Below are positions 50,451 to 64,000 of a DNA stretch of 64,000 nt, in pieces. The stretch lies in assembly GCF_963921235.1 (NCBI RefSeq), contig NC_086097.1:201688001-201752000 (forward strand), in the 5' to 3' direction. Made by a program: the position numbers and the translations under genes. A model generated the notes under the pieces. That model saw only the letters and a program-made list of their open reading frames with translations. It did not search any database and was not told where the DNA came from. Source of the stretch: Mobula hypostoma. Lineage: Eukaryota. Position 1 is the stretch's first letter. Every line of letters begins with the position of its first letter.

Positions 50451-51295
50451 CTTTTTCGCTGTCTGTATTAGAAATTATCATTTTGGCTTAGTTTTTCTCT
50501 TCTATTCATATAGGCATGGCCTGGCTATCAGCAACACACTGTATAAAGAAGCATACTCTCATCCTACTTCATTGTATAGCCACTTAGCTTCAACCTAACA
50601 GGTATTCTCCTCATTCTACCCGTCCCTCCCTATGTTCTCTTCTACTGAAAAAGATTTCTCTCATTCCCAATGATGACAAAGCTTCCTAGCTGTGAAACAC
50701 TAATTACTTCTCATTTCGCAGATGCTGCTTGAAAATTTTCAGCACTTTTAGCTTCTGTTCCAGTAATCGAGTGTGTACTTAATAGTTAAAAGGTCAGTAG
50801 TAGCCTGTCACATTCTATTAAGCCATTCCTGGAGCTGGCCCTCAACACTTACTGCCTAAGCCTCATGCCCTATTCTGTCACACTGGACATCAAAGGCAGC
50901 AGGTAACAGAATCAATTGGTGACATAGAACCATAAAAGGTTAGTGCAGCTAGGGAAAACTACAGAGAGCTGGACCAAAGCAAATGTTATGTCACCTATCA
51001 AATTTCTTCCAGCAGTGAAGGTTCATCCCGAGGTTACAGCTCCTGGCTATCACTTCACCGTCAATCTCCTCCTGCACATACTTCATGAACTGATAGGAGT
51101 CTGCTGCATCCCTTCTTTGTACCTGAGACACGAGACTATCTACAGTGCACTGGAGAACTCAATGCCATTTCTTTAGATTTTTGGTCCTTCGGCTTCTGTC
51201 CAGGCCAATGTTCTACACACCGTCAATGGAAGATACTTATTGAAGGCTGTCTGTACAGCCGGAAGAAGATTGTGTCCAAAAATCTCGAAATGAAA

Positions 51296-52570
51296 ATATA
51301 ACCATATAACAATTACAGCACGGAAACAGGCCATCTCGGCCCTTCTAGTCCATGCCGAACTCTTACTCTCACCTAGTCCCACTGACCTGCACTCACCCCA
51401 TAACCCTCCATTCCTTTCCTGTCCATATAGCTATCCAATTTAACTTTAAATCACAACATTGAACCTGCCTCAACCACTTCTGCTGGAAGCTCGTTCCACA
51501 CAGCTACCACTCTCTGCGTAAAGAAGTTCCCCCTCATGTTACCCCTAAACTTTTGCCCTTTAACTCTCAACTCATGTCCTCTTGTTTGAATCTCCCCCAC
51601 TCTCAATGGAAAAAGCCTATCCACATCAACTCTATCTATCCCCCTCATAATTTTAAATACCTGTATCAAGTCCCCCCTCAACTTTCTACACTCCAAAGAA
51701 TAAAGACCCAACTTGTTCAACCTTTCTCTGTAACTTAGGAGATGAAACCCAGGTGACATTCTAGTAAATCTTCTCTGTACTCTCTCAATTTTATTGACAT
51801 CTTTCCTATAATTTGGTGATCAGAATTGTACACAATACTCCAAATTTGGCCTTACCAATGCCTTATACAATTTCAACATTACATCCCAACTCCAATGCTC
51901 AATGCTCTGATTTATGAAGGCCAGCATATCAAAAGCTTTCTTCACCACCCTATCCACATGAGATTCCACCTCCAGGGAACTATGCACCATTATTCCTAGA
52001 TCCCTCTGTTCTACTGCATTCTTTGATGCCCTGCCATTTACCATGTATGTCCCATTTTGATTAGTCCTACCAAAATGTAGCACCTCACATTTATCAACAT
52101 TAAACTCCATCTGCCATCTTTCAGCCCACTCTTCTAACTGGCCTAAATCTCTCTGCAAGCTTTGAGAACCTTCTTCATTATCCACAGCTCCACCTATCTT
52201 AGTTTCATCTGCATACTTACTAATCTAATTTACCACCCCATCATCCAGATCATTAATATATATGACAAACAACATTGGACCCAGTACAGATCCCTGAGGC
52301 ACACCACTAGTCACCGGCCTCCAATCTGACACACAGTTATCCACCACTACTCTCTGCCGTCTCCCATCCAGCCACTGCTGAATCCATTTTACTACTTCAA
52401 TATTAATACCTAACGATTGAACCTTCCTAACTAACCTTCCGTGTGGAACCTTGTCGAAGGCCTTACTGGTCCATATAAACAACATGCACCGCTTTACCCT
52501 CGTCAACTTTCCTAGTAACCTCATCAAAATATTCAATAAGATTTGTCAAACATGACCTTCCACGCTGACT
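51296..52570 (-). mobile_element. Young CR1 LINE 3' part
   Basis: [14 protein letters not shown]...[47 protein letters not shown] and FFTQRVVAVWNELP. Tail at 51296. Confidence 0.92.
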
Positions 52571-52930
52571 GTTCCTGATCCTAATATGTGGTAGTTTGTT
52601 TTATATTTGCCATGATAATTGTAAACTTGCCAAGAAAGTGCATGCTCAATTCAGTCTTTCAAGCATGACTATATCATTAAAATAGGACTCATAGTACCGT
52701 GTTTTGCGCAGCTTGTAAATGTAAGCCCCAGAGAATCATTCTCCATTAGCACATGGAGAACCTTCCATTCCTGCACACCCAGCATGCTTATTACCCAATA
52801 TTTGGATGTCCTTCATTCTTGGATTCATGAGAGCTTTCCTTTCTTAGACACTTCGGGATAATGAAGTGCCTTATTATGTGGATTCTCTTCTAATAATGGC
52901 TGTGTTGTGTGACAATCAAGGAAGTCTATT

Positions 52931-53041
52931 TCAAGTAACACACATAAAAGACGAAGGGTCTTGGCCCAAAATGTCGACTGTACCTCTTCCTAGACATGCT
53001 GCCTGGCCTGCTGTGTTTACCAGCAACTTTTATGTGTGTTG
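52931..53041 (+). mobile_element. Short PLE-derived insertion with 20-bp 5' inversion and 14-bp TSD
   Basis: CAAGGAAGT(C/T)TATT at 52917-52930 and 53042-53055. 52931-52950 is an inverted copy of the element 3' end, followed by ACGAAGGGTCTTGGCCCAAAATGTCGACTG. Confidence 0.8.
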
Positions 53042-54076
53042 CAAGGAAGTTTATTATTTATTGTTCTACCACCAAGGGGCCTCTTAAACCTAATATGGGA
53101 TACAAACAAATTAAGCAAACAGATTACTTTTTTCTAAACCACACTAAAATAGTTCATTCTCAGTTCTAGCATTTTAAGAGTGCTGGTAGATTTGTAAGGT
53201 ACATAAAATGCCCCAGAATAGAGATTTGATCTTTGTGCAGAAACCAAATGCTTGGGCAAGATTTTAACTCTCTCTGGTGGAATTTCTAAAGATGTATGAT
53301 GGAGAGCATTCTGATTGGTTGCATCTCATCATGGTATAGAGTTTAAAATGCGCAAGGTAGAAAGGGACTGCCAAGGATCGTAGACTCAGCCATCATGGGC
53401 ACAACCCTCCCGACCACCTCAGCTATCTTCAGGAAGCTGTGCCTCAAGAAGACATCATCCAGTGGGGAGAAGGTACATGAGCGTGAAGACACAGTTTCTT
53501 CCCTTCTGCCATCAGAATTATCAATGGCCCATGAACACAGCTTCATCATTCCTTTTATTTTTGCACACTTTACTTTTGTAATCATTTTATGCCTTTATGC
53601 TGCACTGCTGTCGCAAAGCAACAAAATGCACTTCAGAAAAGTCGATGATAATAAATCTGATTCTGGAAACTGAACGGTATGAATCATCAACCAATCCACT
53701 TTCCAGGTTTTTCACTCTGTTGCCTTGCAGCTGAATCTGCCAGCTTGGCAGTAAATAGACTGTCAAAGATATTATCTTGACCTAATTAGTGGAGTACTAA
53801 TATGGGCACAGCTTAGTAGAAGCTGGAAAATGTGGGGGTCATTTAAAGGAATTAAAATAGGTTATTTTTATAGTGTCCGAATTAATAGGATTGTTGTTCT
53901 GATCCCATAAAAAATAATTTTATGCTTTGTCAGGCTTCAGATCTTTTGTGCTCCTAATCACCATCACAAATTCCACCAGTGATGTTGCTACTAGTGATGT
54001 GATCATTGCATCATCCACAGTTTTACAGTTCAAACTGGGCAAGCTGCCTTTATCACCTGTATTTAAATTGGACCTA

Positions 54077-54905
<829 letters not shown>

Positions 54906-56125
54906 AGCTGTGTGGAATGAGCTTCCAGTAGAAGTGGTAGAGGCAGGATCGACATTGTCACTTAAAGTAAAGTTGGATAGCTATATGGACAGGAAAGGAA
55001 TGGAGGGTTATGGGCTGAGTGCAGGTCGGTTGGACTAGGTTAGAGTAAGCGTTCGGCATGGACTAGAAGGGCCGAGATGGCCTGTTTCCGCGCTGTAATT
55101 GTTATATGGTTATAGGATGAATGTATGGAACCACAGAAACTGACTGAGATGTTAAATAACTATCTCTCATCCATGGAGAAGGTCATGGAAGATAGGGAAT
55201 GAAAGGAAATTAATTGTGAGGTATTATATCAAAATGTCTGCATTACAACAAAGGAGGGCCTGTATGTCTTAAGGCTTATTTTGATGCACATGATCTACCT
55301 GCATTTGGAAAGGCTAGTATTAATAAAAGATTCTACGGCTTTCTGCATAGAAAATTGTGTCTCTCAAACCTTTTGAGTTTTTTGAAAAGGTAACAAAGAA
55401 GGTTGAAAAGGGCAAGGTGGTAAACGTCTATGTGGACTTTAGCGAGTCCTTTAACAAGGTTTCATATAGAAGGTTAGTCTGGAAGGTTAGATTACATGTG
55501 ACTTAGGGTGAAATAGCTAACTGGATACAAAATTGCCCTGTTGGAAGGAAATAGAGGATGATGGTGAAGGGTTGTTGTTCAGAGTGGAGGGTTTTTTACA
55601 GTGCTGTGCCACAGGAATTAGTGCTGTGTCCACTGTTTGCCAGCTATATTAATGATTTGGATGACAATGTTGTTAACATGATTAATACGTGTAGCAGTGA
55701 TGTGAATCATGAACTGGCTAAGTGAGAGGATTAGATAATGCCCGGGAGAATGTTGTAAAAAAGAGTGACCTAGATGTACAGGTACATAGTTCCCTGAAAA
55801 ATGTGACAATGGTAGACAAGGTGGTGAAGAATTTGTTTTGTCTGGCTTCATTGGTAAGGCCATTGATTACAATAGTTGGGGTACTGCATTGCAGCTGTGC
55901 GAGTTGTTGGTGAGACCACACATGGAGTATTGTGCACAGCAGGTTGAGAGCAATAGGAAGGATCTCAGTAATACTAGGACTCATTGGTAGCAGGACTTGG
56001 ACAGGAGATGATAGGTAGGGACTTTCTTTTGCTGAGAGATGAATGTGTAGAGGTAGGTAAAATCAGGGGATGGGGGCATAAATAAGTACGATGATCACAG
56101 TCTTGTTCCCAGGATAGGGGAGTCT
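54906..56125 (+). mobile_element. Young CR1 3' end (54906-55113) followed by older CR1 fragment
   Basis: 54906-55113 is an inverted near-copy of 51298-51507. Downstream are degenerate RT motifs (tatgtggactttagcgagtcctttaacaagg; tattaatgatttggatgacaatg). Confidence 0.8.
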
Positions 56126-57389
56126 GCATACCTCACCTGAGTATTTCCAGCACTTTCTGTTTCATTTAAGTTGTAAAGTCTCTGGTATTTTTACACTCTG
56201 ACACTATCCAATGAAGCACATTTCTCCCACATCTTGGAACTCCATTGAGGTAGAGAGCTGGCAGCACTAACTTAACTTAAGGTCAGATGATGACATCAGA
56301 GGCTGATCTAGTTGGCAACTGAGAGGCAACTCTTAGTGACTTGATTCAGACCAGTACAACATTACGATCTGATAAGATTATAAGTTAAGTGCCTAATTCT
56401 CACAATCACTGATCCATGACCGTTCACCATTCCTTTGAAACTGAGCACTTTACTTTTAGAGACTTGCTCCGTGAAGCCCAACGACTGTCTTCCCGTCACT
56501 GTGAATGTAATGATCCATATCCTTTTCCACATCCCAGAGACACTACTCACTTCAAAAACTTTTAATAGATAAGTGAATAAGCAAGAATTAAATAGAAAAT
56601 CTTTAGTTGGAATAAAGTGGAAATACTTTAATAAATATATCTAATTTGAATATTTTCATGACTATTGGTATTTTGTTATACTATTGTATTTGATCAGGCA
56701 TGCCTATCCTTATTTGGCTGACCTCACAGATGAGCCACAGGTAACATTCATTTTACAAAACAGATCAAGCTTTGGTACCAAAATGCCTTGGTATGGCAAC
56801 TGAACTGCATGTGACTGCAGTAAACTGCAGAGAGTTGTGGACACAGCTCAGCACATCACGGAAACCAGCCTCCCCTCCAGGAGCTGTCTATACTTCTTGC
56901 TGCCTCAGTAAAGCAACCGGTATAACCCAAGACCACACCACCTTGACGTTCTTTCTTCTCCCCTCATCCATAGAGCAGAAGATATAAGAGCCTGAAAGCA
57001 CGTACAACCAGGTTGAAGGACTGGTGTAATTGTATGGTTTCCTGGTAAAATAACATTTGACTCTTGACCTTACAATCTACCTTGTTAAGATCTGGCACTA
57101 TATTGTTTACCTGCACTGAATTTTCTTTGTAGCTGTAGTACTTTATTCAGCATTCTCTTATTGTTTTACCTTCTTATACGTACCTCCATGCATTCTATAA
57201 AGATTGATCCGTATGATCAGTATGCAAGGTAAGCTTTTCACTGTACCCTGGTACATGTGGAAATAACAAAACCAACTCCAATTCCAAAGTTCCTTATATA
57301 TATTCATAACACTGTTTTAATACTTTTACCACACAATTAATCCTTTGGACCTGTGTATCTTTGTACCTTCGCTTTTTGCAGCTGGATCC

Positions 57390-58730
57390 TGGACACTCTT
57401 ACTTCTGCCCCTCTGACCCTCAACACAGAGCCCCCAGGGCTGCGTCCTGAGCCCCTCCTCTACTCCCTATACACCCATGACTATGTTGTGTCCTGACCCC
57501 CCTCCTCTACTCCCTATACACCCATGACGATGTTGTGTCCTGACCCCCCTCCTCTACTCCCTATACACCCATGACTATGTTGTGTCCTGACCCCCCTCCT
57601 CTACTCCCTATACACCCATGACTATGTTGTGTCCTGACCCCCCCCTCTACTCTCTATACACCCATGACCATGTTGTGTCCTGACCCCCCTCCTCTACTCC
57701 CTATACACCCATGACTATGTTGTGTCCTGACCCCCCTCCTCTACTCCCTATACACCCATGACTATGTTGTGTCCTGACCCCCCTCCTCTACTCCCTATAC
57801 AGTACACTCATGACTATGTTGTGTCCTGAGCCCCTCCTCTACTCCCTATACACCCATGACTATGTTGCTACACACAGCTCCAACCTGCTGATCAAATTTA
57901 CAGATGACACAACATTGATAGGCCTTATTTCCAACAATGACAAGACAGCCTACAGAGGAGAAGTCAACACCCTGACATAATGGTGCCAAGAAAACAACCT
58001 CTCTCTATATATAGAAAAAACAAAGGAGCTGATCTGGATTACAGGAGAAACAGAGACAGGCTATCCCCTACTGGCATCAATGAGACTGCAGTTGAGAGGG
58101 TGAGTAATTTCAAGTTCCTCGGTATACACGTTACCGAGGGTCTCACCCAGACTGGACATACTGTCTGTGTGGTGAAGAAAGCACAACAGTGCCTCTTTTA
58201 CCTCAGATGGCTGAAGAAGTTTGGCATGAGTCTCTAAATCCTCGGGAATTTCTTCAGGGGCACCATCAAGAGCATCCTGACTGGCTGTGTTACTGCCTGG
58301 TGTGGGAACTGTACTTCCCTCAATCACAGCGCACTGTAGAGAATGGTGTGGACAGCCCAGCACATATGTAGATGTGAATTTCTTCTTTTCAGGACATTTA
58401 CAGCAGCAGGTGCATAAAAAGAGCCCAGAGGATCATCAAGGATTTGAGCCACCCCAACCACAAACTGTTTCAGCCATTTCCATCTGGCAAACGGTACCAC
58501 AGCAGTAAGGCCAGAACCAAAAGGTGATCAGATTAATCAATACACATTGATCTGATTGCATATGTATCTGACTGTACATACATGCATACAAAACAATCAT
58601 GTATTCAACCTTAGTGTTTGGGCACTATCCTCCCCCATTTCCCTTCCTTATTGCTTGTGCATTGCAATGGAGATGCAACATAAAGGATTTTACTCCCTCA
58701 TGTTGTGAGATGGATGTAAGACGTAAATTC
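57390..58730 (+). mobile_element. Rex1/Babar-like LINE fragment containing a minisatellite
   Basis: PQGCVLSPLLYSLYTHD, LIKFTDDTTLIGLISNNDKTAYR and NFKFLGIHVTE...KKAQQCLFYLRWLKKFG. Confidence 0.85.
57444..57868. repeat. 46-47 bp minisatellite, 9 copies
   Basis: Unit GTCCTGACCCCCCTCCTCTACTCCCTATACACCCATGACTATGTTGT starting at 57444, 57490, 57537, 57584, 57631, 57677, 57724, 57771 and 57823. Confidence 0.96.
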
Positions 58731-59759
58731 TTATTCATCTTTCATTCAGTTCTCTGTTGAATCTTAGAATTAGATCTGCTTTAACTAACTTTCCTGGCAA
58801 TGCTTTTAAAGTCAAAACAAGTCCAGTATGTCTGCTGTCTATTTCTCTACGTAGAATAAATATAAAAGGATTAGCTTTATTTGTCACAGATACATTGAAA
58901 CAACAGTAAAATGCATCGTTTGCATAAAATCAAATCAACGAGGATTGAGCTGCGCAGCCTGTAAGTGTCACCACATTTGCAGTGCCAACATACCACGCCC
59001 ACAACTAACTAACCCTAACCGTAACCGTACATCTTTTCCGAGGGATCAGGAGCCCAAGAGCAGCAGTTTAAGGTGAGAAAGGAGAGAGTTAATAGGAATG
59101 TGAGCAGCCAGAAGCTGGTGCACATATGGAATGAGCAGCCAGAGAAACTGGTTGAGGCAGGTAAATAAACAATATTTTAAAAAAGCACACTTGGCCAGAT
59201 GTATAGATACAGAAAGTTTGGAGGGATATTTGAAGGACCTGATATGAGCAAAGGTGACTACCTTAGCTGAGCATCGTGGCTGGCGTAAACCAGTTGGGCT
59301 AAAGGGCCTATTTCTGTGCTCTGTTACTCTTTTTGCATCTCACCGTTCACGTTTTTGAACAAATCCAATTCATATGCATTTCATTTTCAGCATCCCACAA
59401 TTCATGGACAAAAACAACTTCTCCAGTCTTATTATAAAAAAGAAATTGCTCATGCCTGTAATTTCACAGTAAATCTCATGCATTCAGTTGAGAATCTTAG
59501 CATAAGGTGTAATGGCTGGTACTGAAGACGACAGCCACTTGGTCTTCTGCTTCGGTGAAAGATCTCATAGGTATTTTATTTACTGTTTTCTCAACGTATC
59601 CTGCCACTTTTGAAATAGTATATACACATCTTCTCAGGTGTCCTTGTGCACCCATTTAAAATTATGTCACCTAATTTGCATTGTCTTTCCTCATTCATCC
59701 TACTAAAATGGATCATTTATGTCTCAGTTACCCATAATATCAGTGAATATCTCCTTCAT

Positions 59760-61334
59760 GTCGGTAACGCCTTCCATCGACTCCCCAATCGTCATGGACT
59801 CCTCTTCTCTACTGAGCAGGTGAGAAGGGCCCTGGGGAAACTCAGACATGACAAAGCATCGGGACTGAATGCTGTGAGACCCAGGGTCCTGAAGGAGTGT
59901 GCTGAGCAGCTGTGTGGATTTCTCCAGCACATTTTCAATCTGAGTCTCGGTCTGGAAAGGGCCCTGACTGTGTGGAAAACATGTGGTCGCAGTCCCAAGA
60001 AGGACCAACGAAAAGTCTTGAATGACTACCATCCAGTGGCTTTGACTTCACACATCATGAAGACCCTAGAGAGGCTGGTCTTGGCTCACCTTTGACCCCT
60101 GCTCAGATCAGCCCTCGATCCCCTGCAGTTTGCCTACCAGGAGCACATTGGAGTTGATGATGCTGTCATCTACCTGCTGAACAGAGCCTACTCACATTTG
60201 GATAAGCAGGGCAGCACTGTGAGTACCATGTTATTTGATTTCGTAGGTGCCTTCTATATCATACAGCCCCTATTGGTGGGGGGAAAAAGCTCCATTCAAT
60301 GCGGATTGGCACTTCCATTGTATCCTGAATAATGGACTACCTGGCTAGCAGACCATAGTTTGTGGGGCTTCAGAGCTGTGTGTCAGACATGGCTATAAGC
60401 AGCACTGGGGCCCCACAAGGGACTGTATTGGCTCCCTTCCTGTTTACCTTATATACCTCGGACTTTAGATAACACACTGAGTTATATCATATGCAGAAAT
60501 TCTCTGATGATTCAGCTATAGTTGGTGTATAAAGGGAGGATGGGAGGATGAATACACGGCCTTGGTGGAGGACTTTGTCGAATGGTGCAAGCTGAATTAT
60601 CTGCAATTCAACATCAGTAATGCAAAAGAGATGATGATGGACTTCAGGAAGACTAAGCCTGCATTTCTTCCTGTTACTATTGACAGTGAGGACATGGATG
60701 CGGTGAGGACCTACAAGTACCTGGGGGTGCACCTGGATGACAGACTTAAGTGGAGCACCAGGACAGGGACTGTGTACAAGAAGGGACAGAGTTGCCTCTA
60801 CTTCCTGAGGAGACAGAGGTCCTTTGGAGTATGCAGGCCTCTCCTTCACATGTTCTACCAGTCTGTTGTTGCCAGTACAATCTTCTGTGCAGTGGTGTGC
60901 TGGGACAATGGCACCAACACGGGTGATGCCTGCAGCCTCAATGAACTGATTAGAAAGGCTGGCTCCATTATCGGAGTCGAACTGGACCCATTGGAGGCTG
61001 TGGTAGACAGCATCCCGCGGAAAATCATGGCAATTCTAGACATTGTTTCTCACTTTCTGTATGCCACCTTGGCCGAACGGAGGAGCGCTAAGACAACCAC
61101 ACTGCTCCAAAGAGCACTATATGAGGTCATTCTTACCCTTGGCCATTAGGCTCTATAATGAGTCAACCGATAGCTGGGGAAGTGATGGCCCGTCCTCCTG
61201 TTAGAATGTTTCTGGTAACTTATTTTTTATTCTTTCTTACTTTTCTTCTAATATTTATATCTGTGCACTTATAATGCTACTGTGACACAGTAATTTCCTT
61301 TGGGATCAATAAAATATCTATCTATCTATCTATC
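59760..61334 (+). mobile_element. Rex1 LINE 3' half with (TATC)n tail
   Basis: PRVLKECAEQLCGFLQHIFNLSL, NDYHPVALTSHIMKTLERLVL, QKFSDDSA and YKYLGVHLDDRLKWS...KKGQSCLYFLRR. Ends gggatcaataaaatatctatctatctatctatc. Confidence 0.9.
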
Positions 61335-62789
61335 TCTTTGTGTCTACATAGATTTTGAGTTTTATATTATCTGCGAACTTTGAAGCTATATCTTACATAA
61401 TAAGATCTAGACTGTTGATATACTAATATATTATCAAATAGTGCAATGCTGCTAATGCAGTGCATGATAAGAGAGGCCTAGATGTTACCTGGAATTATTG
61501 TGACAGAAAGATTAGAATGAACAGCCTATGTCACAATGTAACGTATGCTTTGTGGTTAATTAACTTGTGGTTTAATCGGCTATTAATTATTGATATAAAA
61601 ATGGTGATCTATTATTGTTTGTCTGGCTGGCAGATATTAATGAAAAAGCTTGATCAAAGGCAGTAACGTCAGAACAGAAAATGGATGAACATCTGATTCC
61701 AAAGACCTTCTGATGAAGAGTTCTGACAAACTCACATTAAACATAATCATGTTCACAAAAATACTTCTACAGTTGTACTAACAGATTCTACAATTAATTT
61801 TAATATCCTTTACATTAGAAGTCTCAAGGTGAGTGCTGTTTGAGAAGGTGGAGGGAGAGTCAGTGCCACACTAAAGGGGACTAGAGAGAGATTGCTGGAT
61901 TAATTAAAAGTTGGACCAAAGCACTCACTATCAAAAGTAGGATGAAGTAGTAAGCTTTGGTGATTAAGAAGGTGAGAACCTCCAGCAAAGCTTCAATCAG
62001 ACCCACGGCAGAGTGCCGACACAACTCTGGAGATCTCTTCAATATATGCCACAATGTTTCCCCTTTCATTCACAATCTGACTTCACTCTAGGTCATATGT
62101 AAAATTATGTGATTATTCAGCTGTACATGCATGATACCAACATGCAGTGAGATTTATTTTCAGTCCTGTACTGGACCCCAGCTGGTATAGTTCCACGTTA
62201 GTGCCACATTTTTCTTAAAATGTCTTTCAATATCAGAGCAACAAAAATAGTTGATATAAAGGTAGTGTTACTTCCCGCGTGCAGCAAGGGAATTAAGCAT
62301 GGACGACCTTGAATGGTGGGAACTCATGATTGGAAGATGAGGAAGTAATTATATACATGAGTTACGAATTTCTGTACATGCTGTCTTCAGGATTAATATG
62401 TGGAAATGAAGTCATAGGCATGACTGAACAAAGCAGAACCAGAGTAGGAAATACAGTTAAATTCTGATAATCTGCTATCAAATTACTAAGAGATCCTGAT
62501 GTTAGGTATTCGGCTCATCAGATGACCTTACACTTGCCACACGTCCAGACCCCAATTTCAACACTCTCTTCTCCACCAGATTCTTGTACTCCAAGACCAT
62601 TCACCAGGGCCCAGTTCTAGAAGACTGCAAATGTTGGAATTTGAAGCAACAAACACAATGCAGGAGAAACTTAGCAGGTCATGCAGCTTCCATGGAGGAA
62701 AATGGACATTATCAACACGATAAGAAATCCTCTGTTCCTATGGTGCACGGTAATGGTTGTCAGGAGAGAGTGGTGGTGATTAGGGGGTC

Positions 62790-63493
62790 AGGTTAAGGTT
62801 TAGGGACAGTGATGTGGGGGAGTTAGAAGTCAGACCAAATTCCAAGTCGGAGTGCTCCATGGGTCAAAGGCCAATGATCCGTGTGAGCAGATGTCAGACC
62901 AGCAAGCACTGTGGACAAACACCAGCAAGGATGGAGGCTGATAAACCCCCAGAGCAAGTCCCCCTGGTCAGCAGGTTTTGGGATCCGAGGTCTGTGTGGG
63001 CTGGAAGCACAAGGGCCAGTGACTCTCAAGGCTGGCAACCCGTCGAGTCTGGGGTTGAAGGCCTGGAGTTCAGGGTCCTGTCACTGATGAGTCATGAGGT
63101 TGATGCTGAAGACTAAAGCTCAAAGGTTGAAGAATGAAATCAGTAAGTCCTGAAGTCAAGGCCCAATGGCCGAAGCCTTGGGTCGATGAGTCTGCAAGTC
63201 TGCTGGAAGCTCAGAGGCGGCCTGCCCAGCGACTCGAGGCCTGTTTATGTGTGTAAGTAGGTCCAAGGGAGTTAAGGGGTTTATTTTGCTGTGGCTGTTT
63301 TGTTGTTCTTGTTGTGTTGGGTTTGTTGTTGCTTGTGTTGTTCTGCTGAACATTGTTGGCATGTTATGTTGACAGTGGAATGTGTGGCACTTGAGGGCTG
63401 TTCCCAGCACATCCTTAGGTCGCATTGGCTGTTAACAAAAACATCGCATTTCTCTGTATGTTTCGATGTACACGGGATAAAGAAATAAATCTG
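62790..63493 (+). mobile_element. Non-autonomous retroposon-like repeat
   Basis: The 3' end (gcatttctctgtatgtttcgatgtacac...ataaatctga) matches an inverted partial copy at ~58870-59030. No coding signature. Confidence 0.5.
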
Positions 63494-63782
63494 AGATTAT
63501 ACTTGTGGTGTTTTGTGTTAGCTTCAAGCAGTAAGTATTTAAGTTTGATCCGTACTTGGCATTAAATTGGGTTTCGTCCAGGGTTGAATAGTAGGTGAAA
63601 TATTCCTGGAAAATGTCATCAAAGGGACATTCACACCATTAGCTCAGATAGTAGCTTCGATTTGAGCAAAGATCATGGACAAAGGGTGGGTCTCCAAGTT
63701 AAGGCAGTGGTACAGGAGTATTCAATCCAAATGCTACTAGTTTTAGCTGGTCATGCAGGTGTAGAAGTTAAAGGGCATATGG

Positions 63783-63862
63783 CAGGGGTTCCCAACCTTT
63801 CTTACGGCATGGACCCCTACCTTTAACCAAAGAGTCCATGATCCCCAGGTTGGAAACTCCTG
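63783..63862. mobile_element. 80-bp hAT (Charlie-like) MITE
   Basis: TIRs CAGGGGTTCCCAACCT / AGGTTGGAAACTCCTG. 8-bp TSD GCATATGG (63775-63782) / CCATATGG (63863-63870). Confidence 0.88.
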
Positions 63863-64000
63863 CCATATGGTAATCTGATCACTGCACCATTCTATACAAA
63901 ATAATTCAAGAAAGGCTACAGAGAACATTACAGTAAGGGGAATAAATGTCATTTTCTGCAATTATAACTGAGATACTTGAGCAGCATTGTCTGTCCAGTG

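Noticed and set aside
57444..57868. CRISPR-like array
   Set aside because: Units are contiguous with no unique spacers, they derive from LINE RT sequence, the context is eukaryotic, and there are no cas genes.
59005..59028. Interstitial telomeric repeat (ctaaccctaaccgtaacc)
   Set aside because: Only about two perfect units, and part of a dispersed repeat also seen near 62790.

Overview
Vertebrate genomic DNA, most likely from a cartilaginous fish such as a ray. That assignment is inferred from the CR1, Rex1/Babar, Penelope and Tc1 repeat content and is not proven. The only host gene I can support is the 3' half of an ASXL3 orthologue on the + strand. It has three coding exons with canonical splice sites that join in frame: 6266-6371 (end of ASXH/DEUBAD), 8214-9288, and 33614-37327 (ASXM1, ASXM2, C-terminal PHD finger), followed by an AT-rich putative 3' UTR. 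Most of the remainder is decayed transposable elements, including a ~14 kb five-level nested stack in the last intron. The main observations are: (1) a family of Penelope-derived repeats carrying minimal type-I hammerhead ribozyme motifs, one with an intact core in the sense strand of the ASXL3 intron, and several short insertions whose ends fall inside the ribozyme core; (2) a 250-bp palindrome with perfect 121-bp arms and an 8-bp junction duplication 1.7 kb after the stop codon; (3) what looks like a decayed counterpart of the ASXL1/ASXL2 +1-frame 'TF' overlapping ORF; (4) a 46-47 bp minisatellite born inside a LINE RT region. TE boundaries without TSD support are approximate (tens of bp).
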